DNA of 33,253 bases. Origin: Intoshia linei (lineage: Eukaryota; Animalia; Orthonectida). The position numbers and the translations under genes are program-made. Every line of letters begins with the position of its first letter. The stretch's first letter is position 1. The notes beneath the pieces were generated by a model, which ran no database searches, was not told the origin of the DNA, and saw only the letters and a list, made by a program, of their open reading frames with translations. Where the stretch lies: assembly GCA_001642005.1 (NCBI GenBank), contig LWCA01000294.1, positions 1 to 33,253 on the forward strand. The letters run 5' to 3'. This document shows, piece by piece, positions 1 through 11,800 of the stretch.

Positions 1-352
1 AAAAAGCTATTCGATTTACTTTCTCATACAACAACAAACTTTTCATTGGCTATTCATAAATCAACAGATGCGACTGATTCAGCCCAATTACTTATATTTG
101 CCAAAGTTATAGATCAAAATTTTAATCTTTTTGAAAAATTTTTAGGTATGCAGACGATCACTGGACAGGCTCGAGGATTGGATGTTTATAATCAAGTCAA
201 TGGGCTGTTTGTTCAATATGATCTTAAGAAAGAAAATATGATAAGTATTTGTAATTTTAAGAGCAACAATTATTTTTATTTTTTGTTGTGGCCTCTAGGA
301 ATTTTCGCTAGACAGATTTGGCCACCGATTGTTCAATCTTCGCCCACCCCTG
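1..352 (+). mobile_element. Right end of an internally deleted hAT (Buster/SPIN/GTF2IRD2-like) transposon with a transposase fragment
   Basis: ORF 46..402 reads STDATDSAQLLIF...GMQTITGQARGLDVY, resembling the first-catalytic-Asp region of SPIN/GTF2IRD2-type hAT transposases. Terminal CGCCCACCCCTG (341-352) is followed by GTCTAGGG, the Buster-type nnnTAnnn target pattern. The left end is outside the window. Confidence 0.75.
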
Positions 353-447
353 GTCTAGGGCGTAGAGCGGGTCTAGTTATATTATATTGTTCTATACATT
401 GATTAGTACAATTAAAGAATATGAGTAATACTTATTTATAACTAAAA

Positions 448-3400
448 TCAATGTTTAATTTTAACTTCTTTTTTATATAAAATGTATATTTTGGTTACAT
501 AATCCATGACGGCTTGCCAATCTGGTCTTTCACTTTTAGTAATTGTTGATATATTCTAAACGTTTATATATTTATTAATATTTTCATTCTAGCTTAACTG
601 TTTGTACGAAGTACAAACAGCATCCTAGCTCTGCAGAGGGCGGAAATTTTTATTCTACCAAAAAAATAAATTAAATAAGAAAATTTAACCTAAAAATGCT
701 ACTACATGTATTCAATATTATAAATCATTTATAGGAGTGGTTCCAAATTTGTTACACGTAGACCGTCATATCAATTCGTCACCTGAAATGCAAAGACTTC
801 TGGGGTTGGAATTTTGTATTTATGTCAAATAGAATAAGCTGTATCAGAATAATCTCTTTATTTTAATTGGAGGACCATTAATTATTTCAAATTTTTTGTT
901 TTACAATTTTTACAATACTGTTAATAAATACTTTCAAATTAAAAAAAAATGAATATTAAAGTACTTTTTTGACCGTGAAGGCGTGATTTATTCAGATTGA
1001 ATATTTTTGTGTGTCTTAACAGGATACAACTGTACCATCTGTACTTTTTTTAAATTCTAGCGCTATTTTCATTTTAAAAAAAGGTAATGTGAGATTTTGA
1101 TCGTGAAAATTATCTTTTTTGAGGTTTCCATTTATGTTGATGTTTATGATTTTAAAAGCTATCCCAGAATTTATGTTTAAAAAATTGTAAGACATGTTTC
1201 ATTTTTAAAACAAAGGGTAATTTGTGGTTTTGACCATGAAGGTATGTGTATCTGAGGCTGAGATTAACGACAATGTTAATGATTTTAAAACGCATCCAAG
1301 AATGTATTTTTTATTACATTTTTGGGCTGATTATTTTTTAAACAAAAGGAAAAGTTAGGTTTTTGACCATCAAGGACTCAAACTGATAAATAGATAAAAA
1401 CACACTCCGGGAAAAACTGTATTAGAATTGGGTTTTTTAAATCTTGCGACTATCAATTCTTCAATAAATCGTTACACACACAGACATTCATTTTTAAATA
1501 AGTAAAAGATACATTAAAATTAAATTTAGTATTAAATTAAACAAGAATTCTAAGTCTCGAAAATTATTTTTATGCACAAATTTTACTCATGGAGGCATAC
1601 CACTTTGCTCCTCATCGGTCTTACACTAACATTGAAAAAATATAATTTCCAGAATACCTACATTTATTTGAACATGTCATATATGAGTCTAATGTTTTAT
1701 TGGAGGATGATGATTCTTTTTCATGGAGCAGATCGAATTAAAGTATCTTTTAAAATTTCTGCAGGCCTCATTTATTTTTACTATTTTTTAGTCTATCCAT
1801 ATAAAATTTAATCACCCTTACGCCGGATAACATACATTTAAAATTGTTTTGATTTTCTCGTAGGTCATGACATGTTGTTTATATTACAAACATTACGTGT
1901 AATATGCATAAATAATATATACCAACGTAGATTCAATTCCCATATTTTCAGTAATGGAAAATGCAATTTTAAAATTATTCTCCTATAAAAAATTTATAAT
2001 GATATTTTGATTAATTACATGATTGTCAGATATTTCAGATAAATTTATACATTCTGGCCATATACTATGTAATAAATAACAAAATGCAATTCCATCATTC
2101 CAAGAACTGCTAAAATTTGTTATTTCAACATTTTTGTAGTTTATCACATTTTGCTTGCACCATGATAATAAAGCATTTCTACGAGATCCACCATTTACTA
2201 GTAAATCAGATAAGGGGTCTTTATGTAAATGGTCGTATGATAGGTAAACTTTATCCTTACTAAAATAGGTTATCATTAACGCAAGTACAATTCCAAAATG
2301 TTACAGTATTATTAAGTTATTATTATTATTTCATTTTTATTCTAACAAAAAATCAAATTCATATAAATAATTCATATTCATAAATAAATATTTCAATAAG
2401 AAAATGTAACCTAAAAATAGTACTACTCACTATTATAAATCATGTATAGGATTGGTTACAAACTTGTGACACGTAAACCCGTCATATCACATTACCTTGT
2501 AATTTAAAGTGACTTATTCCACGTTAAATTTATTTTTTTAACATTTGTGTAAAGAATTTTAAAAAAAATTGTTATCTTATTTTTTTAATTTATTAGACAG
2601 AATGTGTGTATAATATTAAAAATAAAGTGGTTTCTTGACCGTGAAGGCGTCACTTATTCAGATTAAAAATTTTTGTGTATGTTAACAGGATACAACTGTA
2701 CCACTTGTATTTTTTATATTCTAGGGCTGTTTTTACTTAAACAAAAAGTAATTTGTGGTCTTGGCCCTAAAGATATATTTTTTGAATTCTCGAACTCGTT
2801 TGATTTAAAAAAAAGATAATTGGGATTTTGGACCCGTAAGATGTGAGTTTGTAGGGTTGAAATGTATCTTACTAACACCCGGAAAAAACTGTAATAGAAA
2901 TGTAAACTTTATAAAATTCTAAGACTGGTAGTTATTGAAATAAACGATAACACAGACAAAACATATTATATAAGTAAGGATAAAGTTATAACGAATCTTA
3001 AATTTTACTACAAATCAGTTGAAGTTCATTACGTTCATCGTAATGTACATTTAATTTAATCATTATGTATATTAAAGTTCTTGCAAAATCTTAAATTTTT
3101 GAAAATGTGAAACATCCTATTGTACACTGTACAATACAATATATAAAATTTGACATTTTTTCAAATTTATAAATTTAGAATCTAAACTTTAGATAATCTA
3201 TAAAAATTTTGAATATTACTTCACTTTATTGGCATGAAAAATATAATTTTTGATTGGATAGTCGTACACGTGTGAAATCTTACTATTGGCACCATCCTTA
3301 ATGGTTTGATGGGATTCATCAATATCATCTTTAAATTTTATTAAATCAACATCTGTGGTACTGTCTTTTAAATTTGAATCAACATTAAAGGTAGGGTTTG

Positions 3401-4934
3401 AATACACTTTTTGTATAGTTTGATCTTCAATTGAAGCAATTATGTTTTTGACTGAAATAATTTTATTTGGTTTAATTTTTTTGTGGTTTGATTCAATTTT
3501 TTGAGATGATTCTATAACTGGTAATGCTGATTTGTGTTTCACGTCATCACATTTATTTAAATTTCTAAAATAATTATATTTTACAGTATTTTTTTCAGAT
3601 TCATATAGAGCTTGCAATTCTGATATTTCGTGTTCTTTTTTTAACAATTTTATATCTGATTCTGTTCTAAAGTTGTTGGCAATAACCACAATACTTAATA
3701 AATCCCGTTGATATGCTTCCCATTCTTGACGTTCCATTTGTAATTTGTTTTGGGATGAATTTATTTGATCATGTAATTGTTTTTTTTGTAATGACATAAT
3801 ATGTAGATCCAATTTCAAGGAATTATTGATACGTTTTATGTTTTCCTTTTGTTTGCATAATTTATTTATAGAACTCTGCAATAAAACATTTTCATGTATT
3901 ATTTTCTTTTTTTCATTTAATAAAAATTCAACATACTCTGAAAGTTGATTAAGATTATATAATTTAACATCATTTGATTTGTCCGAGTACTTTAAATTTG
4001 TATTATTATTTTCATTTTCGAAGTAACATTTCTGATTAAAAGTATTTTTTATATTTAAATTTTCAATAATATCATTATATTCCTTAAATTTATGTTTTAA
4101 TTCTCTATTTTCATCTTTTGTATATTTTATAATATCTACAAACATTTTTTCCCGTTGTTGGAACCATTCAATTGAATTTTTCTTTTCGTTTAAATCACAT
4201 TTAACTTCAGGTACATTTCGTATAAGTAAAGACTTTAATTGGTCGTTTTGAAATTTTTCACTATCTAAATTAGTAGTTTGATTAGATAATGTATCTAAAA
4301 TTAGCGTTCTTTCGTGTATTAATACATTGTTTTCTTTGCTAAGGGTTTTTATCTTGGTTTGTAAATCTGACAATTCTTTTAATGTTGCCTGTAATTCTTC
4401 ATTAGTACAATTATGATTTTCTTCCATTTTTAATATTTTATATTTAAAGCTATTCAAAACATTCATACTTTTATTGAGACTATTTAATCCTTTAGTATCA
4501 AGATTATGCAAATTATCTATACTTTTAGAATTATTCATCAAATTAAAATGTTTCATTGATTTCCATTCTGTATTAATTTCCTTTTCATTAGATTCAAAAT
4601 TATCAATTTTATTTAAAATGTTTTCATATTTTTCTATTCGAAATTTTAATTTATCGTTTTCAACTCTTCGATATTCTGCAAGTTTTATCAACTCTCTAAT
4701 TTGTCTATCTCTATCTTTTAAATCTCTACTATGATCAATATCCTTATATAATATGATTGATTCAGTACAAATATTTTGGGATTTATAATAATTTAAATTA
4801 TTAGGTACACTTGTGCTTTTATACATATGTATTTTTTTTGGTGGTGACGTATTAACTCGATTTTCTGATAATGCCTGTTTCAAATCCATTAATGAAGCAT
4901 ATGCTTTTAATTTTTTAAAATTCCAAGTTTCCAT
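448..4934 (-). CDS. SPECC1L: Cytospin (SPECC1/SPECC1L-like): long coiled coil plus C-terminal calponin-homology domain, about 707 aa
   Basis: Phase-consistent exons 4934-3220, 2259-2019, 1982-1923, 555-448. The spliced CH domain reads GGSRRNALLSWC..NVEITNFSSSWNDGIAFC..ENNFKIAF..MGIESTL|NISTITKSERPDWQAVMDYVTKIY, matching cytospin. The coiled coil has MEENH.CTNEELQATLKELSDLQ and EWEAYQRDLL motifs. Confidence 0.9.
589..1509 (-). mobile_element. Non-autonomous Helitron copy H1 (near full length) in the last SPECC1L intron
   Basis: On the - strand: 5' A|TC..., TGTCTGTGTG microsatellite near the 5' end, a perfect 10-bp hairpin CTGTTTGTAC-TTC-GTACAAACAG, then terminal CTAG. No TSD. The 3' flank is A rather than the canonical T. 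Internal subrepeats of about 125-135 bp. Confidence 0.75.
2380..2980 (-). mobile_element. Helitron copy H2 (3'-truncated) in SPECC1L intron 1
   Basis: Shares GACCGTGAAGGCGT, CAGGATACAACTGTACC, CCCGGAAAAAACTGTAATAG and ACACAGACAAA blocks with H1. 5' end A|TCCTTACTTATAT at 2980. Left boundary approximate. Confidence 0.7.
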
Positions 4935-5559
4935 TTGTGTCAGTATATTTAATCCTTAATAGTGATTAATAATTATTTTTCATGCTCCAGCTAATATTAA
5001 AATAAATGTTATCATAGTTATATAATGGAAAACAAGAATAAACTATTCTGATATGCACATTCGAGCAATAACACACGTATTCAAGAATACTGTGCGTCTA
5101 GTGTACGTTGGTATATTCATAAAAAATATTATTTAATCCAAATGTATAGACATCAAAAGTAACTAATCGAACAGGGCACATCACTCTAATGGTCTGGTAT
5201 GGCTGTAGTATCTCTATACATACTATTTTACTAAAGTTATAGAGATACTAATTATCACTCAATAACTCAAGAATCTTTAAATAATGTAAATATTAATTGT
5301 AAATGTAAATGTTAATTGTATTTTAGCTTAATTAAATAAATAATTATCATATTTATTACAATGGTATTGTTACATAAAAATAAATAAACTGTATTTAACT
5401 GAATGTTGTTTTCTGGTTGTTTCTATGGGTATAGTGTATTTGGTTTTAAAATATATTTCTAGACGAATTATTTTGGGTTTTAAGGATTGATTGAAGGTTG
5501 AATTCCATTGAAAGCCATAATATTACATTATTATATTAAAATTTTGCCTAATAATTTAA

Positions 5560-5850
5560 AAAAAATAAATTGGATGCATTTTAAAATCATAAACATAAGC
5601 ATAAATCGAAACCTCAAAAAAGATAATTTTCACGATCTAAATCCCACATTACCTTCTTTTTTAAATGAAAAATCGCTAGAATTTAAAAAAATACAGATGG
5701 TACAGTTATCTCATAAATCTCAGACGAAGAAACGCATACCTTATGGTCAGAACCAAAAATAACCTTTGCTTTAAAAATTACAGATCCTACAGTTTATCCA
5801 GTTAACACACACAAAAAATTTAAATCTCATAAAGTGATCCTTCAGTGACA
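5560..5850 (+). mobile_element. Helitron internal fragment (H3a)
   Basis: Reverse complement of H1 about 1020-1165 (AAACCTCAAAAAAGATAATTTTCACGATC...ACAGATGGTACAGTT). Boundaries approximate. Confidence 0.65.
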
Positions 5851-6675
5851 TATTTAAATTTAATGAAACCGGATTATTCTTTAAATAAATTGCTTCCAGA
5901 ACTTAAATCTGCTCTACAAAAGACAGAGCCAGTGGAAAATTTTTAAAAGATAGATTGACCATTCTTCTGGCATGTAATATAACAGGATAAAAATTTAAAC
6001 TAGTAGTACAAGTACCAGTGTAATAAGAAAATTTAAGCATTTTAAAAATAGACAAATTACCAGTCACTCATGAAAATAATAATAAAAATTGGATGAAACA
6101 GATATCTTTTTAAAATGGTTAAAAAACGTTAATAATAAAATGAAGATACATAATGCTCTGGTTCACCCTAAAGATGTAGACTTAAGTACCGAAATAAGTA
6201 GATTAAGTAATTATGTAATATCGAATTATTATATATTCCTCCCAACACTTCTTCGCTGATACAGCCTTTAGACCAAACAATTATAAAATCTTTTAAAGAC
6301 CATTATATTAGATGTCTAATGTCTTCGGTAAATTTTGAAATTTCTGATATATGAAATGTAACCCAAAAGGAGTGGTGCAAGAAAATATCTTACTACAATG
6401 CCATAATTTGGATATCAAAGCTTTGGGAATTAGACTAAAAATAAACCTTCAAAACCTTTAAAAATTGGATGAAAAAATTTTTCTTCAAAAATTTGGTTAA
6501 AAAATCAATAATATACAAATTAAAAACCATTTTTTCTAAATATATTATAATGAATTTGAATAAAATAGTGAACTTCAATAATCTTTTACGATGGTGTAGT
6601 CACAATTTTACAAAAAATGATTCATTATTAATAAACGTTATTTTTGAGGGTGTTCATTATTGACGAGTCTGGTTA
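5850..6675 (+). pseudogene. Degenerate pogo/Tigger (DDE_1) transposase relic
   Basis: Broken frames give NETGLFFK (5862), RLTILLACNITG and PNTSSLIQPLDQTIIKSFKDHY (about 6242-6307), which are pogo/Tigger DDE motifs, with stops and frameshifts. Confidence 0.75.
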
Positions 6676-6865
6676 TAATAATGTAGCGGTCTAGATTAAA
6701 CTCTAGATCCCAGAGTCTAGGCTTAGGAATAAATTCCCAAGATTTAGCAAATTTGTTATACAAATAATGTTAAAATTGTAATAATGAATAAATAAATCAT
6801 AAAAAATACATGAAAAAACTGTAAAATAAGAAATATGTGTAAAAAATAAAAATTTATATTATAAC

Positions 6866-6890
6866 GCGGGCCGCATATTTGTTACCCCTG
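6866..6890. mobile_element. Isolated hAT (Charlie/Buster-like) right terminus
   Basis: CGCGGGCCGCA...TTACCCCTG followed by CTTTAAAT (TA at positions 4-5). No partner end found. Confidence 0.5.
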
Positions 6891-6892
6891 CT

Positions 6893-7026
6893 TTAAATGG
6901 TTGGTAATAGTGAATGGTAGCATTTTTAAATAAGATTTTATTTAATCTATTTTTTTGGTAGAATTAAAAAAGTTCGCCTGCGGCAGAACTAGCTGCTGTT
7001 TGTAGGTAGTACATAACAGTCAACTA
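6893..7026 (+). mobile_element. Helitron 3' end (H3b)
   Basis: GGCAGAACTAGCTG-CTGTTTGTA-GGTAG-TACATAACAG-TCAACTAG|T: subterminal hairpin plus CTAG|T, homologous to the H1/H4 3' ends. Confidence 0.7.
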
Positions 7027-7091
7027 GTGTTATTATAGAATTGTTTTCGTTCGCTGAAAAACAGACTTAATTTATATTTACTGTATAGTTA

Positions 7092-8452
7092 CGGGTCTCA
7101 TTAAACAGTAAATCACAGTAAAAAAATTCTAAATAGTGAATCAAGTACTAAATATTAAATCACAGTGAATTTTAGTGAATCACAGTAAAAATCACTCAGA
7201 AGAAGATAGAGCACATTTACTAAAATTTTATAAGATGGAAAAAGTAATTGTGCATCGTCATGAAGACAATTCTTCTATTATCGGTAATATTGTAAATCAT
7301 TTAAGTCCAAGTACATTAAAATTAGATGATGCAGATAAGCCTCTTTTTCAATCCTCATGAACAAAATTCTATAATCAATTCCCTACCATAAAACAAATAT
7401 ATTTCTACACAAAAGATTTTGGATTTGCTTAATACAGATAAAACAAAATTATCAAGTGAAATTCAAAGAGGAAATAAAAACAACGTGTTTTATATTTTGA
7501 AAGGAAGAAATACTGATAAAAATAAATTTAGTGATGACTGTGGTGCATGGTCTGACATTAGAAAATGTGCTACTCGGTTTCTTATTTGTACATAAATAAA
7601 TTAGGCTGCAAGCTATTTTATTACAAAGTAGAATATTGTGTGTCTAAAATGATTGACCGTAAACGAGTATATGTACCCTTTCAGAGCAGCCATTACCATC
7701 TTCTGTATTAATTCTAGTTCGTTATTATACCAAACTGAAACTTGATATGAATTATGAAAGACGTATAACATATTGTATACAATCTCCGTAAAAGCTTTTA
7801 TTACACTCCGAAATTGTGTGTGCAGAATATAAAGGAAATTTCTTTGGCCACGTTACTCATGGAAACAGTTTATTCAAAAATACATATTAGATAAAAACAT
7901 CGCTAGTATTATTTTCAAAAATTGCAGATGAATTGGTAAATAACAATCCTCAACAAGTTTACGAAAAAATGATTATAAATTCAAACATAGATAATGATAT
8001 TCTATGAGATCTTCAGCAATGTCAAAATAAAAAATGCAAATTTTTTTATTTTTGTTAAATCATTAAATGCAATGTAAAAGATTTCTATCTAGAAAAGACA
8101 TAGTCTCATTAAATTAACTCTTATAGTGAATTTTTGTATTCATTTTAAATAAAAATATTATTTTTAAAGTTTGAAATTTAGCTATTATATAACATAAATC
8201 CATGAATATGGATATATAATAATATGGAAGATGGATATAAAAATATGCATTCATTCAAACAGCCCATAAATTCTTGAGCCTCTCAATAAAATATAATTTT
8301 TCAATGCACTGGCAAATACTGAATGAAAATTTTCATTAAAATATTCACTGTGATTTACTATTTAATGCTTGATTCACTATTTAGAAATTTTTTTACTGTG
8401 AATCACTGAAATTTACTTATATTCATTAAGATTTACTGTTTAGTGTGATCGG
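7092..8452 (+). mobile_element. Long-TIR Mutator-like (MULE) non-autonomous element with a decayed transposase N-terminal region
   Basis: Imperfect TIRs of about 100-120 bp (7092-7195 vs 8340-8452) built of CACAGTAAA/CACAGTGAA subrepeats. Flanks (G)TATAGTTA and (G)TATAGATA form an 8-9 bp TSD with one mismatch. Internal broken frames: DDCGAW, RYYTKLK..YERRITY, EYKG..THGNS, PQQVYEKM..DLQQCQNKK. The superfamily call rests on TIR/TSD geometry and motif recollection. Confidence 0.65.
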
Positions 8453-8564
8453 TATAGATAAGTTTCAACGTTTTATCATGAGAAAAAATTACAATTACAA
8501 TAGTAAAACTTACTTTACTTTATTTTACAAAAAAATAGTTATGTTAAATAGGTAACGTCATCAA

Positions 8565-8584
8565 TCAAAGGTTGATAACCACTG
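8565..8584. mobile_element. hAT MITE right terminus relic
   Basis: AAAGGTTGATAACCACTG followed by CATTACAG; same terminus type as the 30578-30747 MITE. Confidence 0.45.
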
Positions 8585-8843
8585 CATTACAGATAGTATG
8601 GATGTTTTCAGAAGATAGCGTTATATTTACTCTCACTACAGAGTTCATGAAAATCATTGATCCACAAACATTAATTCATATCCTGATATTAGTTGTAGCA
8701 ACGAAAATTATAGAATAAAATAATACATAAATCCGTAGTAAATACAGAATTTACAATTTAAGCAGAATTAAGAATAACTAAACAACTTAATAAAGTTGAA
8801 ACAAATAAAAATCTTTTTAGATGCACAAGTGTATATAATATTA

Positions 8844-11800
8844 ATGTTATACCTTACCCCACCATATTTCAAATTCAATTTAAAAAATATTGCATTATTG
8901 GCATCACTATTACTCTTTTTTGTTGTGCCTGATCAACACACGGAAAAATTTGAGGATATAATATGGACGGAAAGGGATATTTTATACTTTAAAACCCAAG
9001 TATCCGAAATGATGAACCATGCACTAGATTCTTACATGACATATGCATACCCTGCAGATGAAATATCTCCTGTAACTTGCGATATCAAGAAAACTTTTGA
9101 TATGTGGAATGGAAATTATTCAGTTACTTTAATAGATTCATTGGACACATTAGCATTAATGGAAAAATATGATAAATACGAAAAATATTCAATTTTATTT
9201 ATCAATAATGTTAATTTCAATTCAAATGTAAATGTTTCCTTGTTTGAAGCGAATATTCGGATGCTTGGAGGCTTGATTAGTAATCATTATGTTGCTAAAA
9301 AGTATATTTATATATATTTACAAAATTTTTTATATATTTAACGTAGATTGAAAAAAAACAAACTTGCAATGTTATGGTACTCTAAAGAGTTTCTTAATTT
9401 GGCTATAATTTTTGCCGATAAACTTATGCAATGTTTTGTGATTCCTGGAAAAATACCATTTTCTGTTTTTAATTTAAAACATGGAGTAATGGATACTAGT
9501 AATACATCAACTATATCTACGGCAGCAATCGGGACACTAATATTAGAATTTGGAAGTATGACTCGTTTAACGGGAAACCAAACATATTACAAATCAGTTA
9601 TGGACGCTTTGGATATATTGTGGTCTAAAAAAAGTATATATAATTTGCAAGGAGAAACATTAAATGTAGTATCTGGAGAGTGGACCAATAAAATGGGAAG
9701 TTTAGCAGGAAATATTGATTCTTATTATGAATATTTACTAAAATCTTATATTGCCTTTAATGATGTATCATTTTATGAAAAATTTCACTTACATTACGTT
9801 TCAATCATGAAATATCTCAATGTGCCACCAAATTTTTATCGTGCTTATATAAATAAACCGGAACATTTATACAATGAATATGATGCTCTGGTTGCGTTTT
9901 GGCCTGGACTACAAATTTTATATGGTGATACAAAGTCAGCTTATAAAAATTTTATTAAACTTGAATCTATTGTAAGAAAATACAATTTTTTACCCGAAAA
10001 TTATAAAAATGATAATCTTTCGTATAAAAAATATTATTTACGACCCGAATTTTATGAATCAAATTTTTACCTTTATGAACTTACCAAAAGTAAAACATTT
10101 TTAGACGTTGCTGTAAAGGCAATGGTTAATTTGAATAAGTTTACCCGTGTTAAATGTGGATTTTCTTCTTTATTTAGAATTGATAAATTTCCAATATATA
10201 TAAACAAAATGGATAGTTATTTTCTTGCAGAAACACTCAAGTATATTTATCTAGTTTTCGAAAAGGCATCGTTCACTAAGCCGATATTAACGTGGGATGA
10301 ATTTATATACAATACTGAAGCTCATTTTATTCCTATTTATACACCACATTCTCAATGTCCACGCAATGTTACTAGGTTACATTTTAAGCACATTAACTTT
10401 TGTTGTACCACTAATTTGGCTTATTTTAATTGGGTATATAAAGAAAATGAGCTAAATTCAGAAGAAGTATTTTCTGCCATTATAATTAGGTAATTAATAA
10501 ATTGTCTATATTACATTTTATAAATAATATTAAATTTGAGCAAACGTAAGGAAGGTTTTGCTGTTGGAAGAATTTAATTTAAGTTAATTTTTTATATCTT
10601 AAATTTATACAAAAAATCTTTTTTAATTTGTACCTTGATTTACAATAGATGACTTTCAAATTATGTTGTATATATTAAACTTAGAAATCAATATATAATA
10701 ATAATATCATTTTTACAAAAATTCTGAAATGATGTTCAACTTAATATTCATAGTAATACATATTTATTTTATTATTTAGAGCTACCTTTGCAGAAATAAT
10801 GGATCATATGTTAAAAACATATTCTAGTCTGTCTGACTATATGGATCATACTAACATACAAATATTACCATTATATCTCGACAAATTAGGTTTTCTAGTT
10901 AAAAAAATTGACAATGATACATATGAAATTTATGAAACGCCAGGAATAATAATTAATAATTTCAATTCTCAACATTTCTTTTTGCAGCTTTATCAAATTA
11001 ATATGAAATTTCAAAAAAAATATTTATTAAACATCAAAGTGAAGAATGTTGATGTAATTGCGAATAGATCTCTTTTTGGAAAGATAATTAAATTAGGACA
11101 TGTTATTGAAGGAAATCCTCATTTTATATATAAAAATTATTTATGCAATACGGATAACTATTCCTACTCCAATAATAACATTATTGTTGTAAAAAGGGGT
11201 AAATGTACATTTTATGAAAAGGTTATATTTTTTACGATATAATTATTATTTAAATTTTAAAATAATATAATATTTGTTTAACTTTTTTGTATTTATTGTA
11301 CTGTATTATATTACAACATTTATTATTTAGACAAAATTTATTATAATTAATTAATATTTAATTTATAGGCAATAAATGCACAAAAGTTGGGAGCAATTGC
11401 AATTATAGTTTACGGTTTTTTTTAATATGATAATTAATGGTTTAGTCAGACCGTGGAGAGTCAGTAGTAGGCCCTATTAATTTTTTTGATAAAATGAAAC
11501 TCCATACATTGCTTAATCGATCGTTTATTATTAAATTAAAATTAACTGTTGGAAATTGCATAAAACATCCTTACTTATATAATACTAAGTTGACTGTTAT
11601 GTACTACGTACAAACAGGACCTAGCTCTGCCGACCACATTTTAATTATACTTAAAAAATAAATAAAATAACTTGAAAATCTAACTTAAAAATCCTACTAA
11701 TCACTATTATCAAGCCTTTAAATGAGTGGTTCCCTAATTTGTTTCAAATGGAACTATCATATCACATTATTTTTTATTTTAAAGTGAATTATTCCATCTT

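Noticed and set aside
1572-1811. 79-aa + strand ORF
   Set aside because: Intronic, antisense to SPECC1L, low complexity and without motifs.
10685-10752. AG...GT-bounded candidate extra EDEM3 exon
   Set aside because: Stops in all three frames; 10489 to 10780 splices in phase without it.
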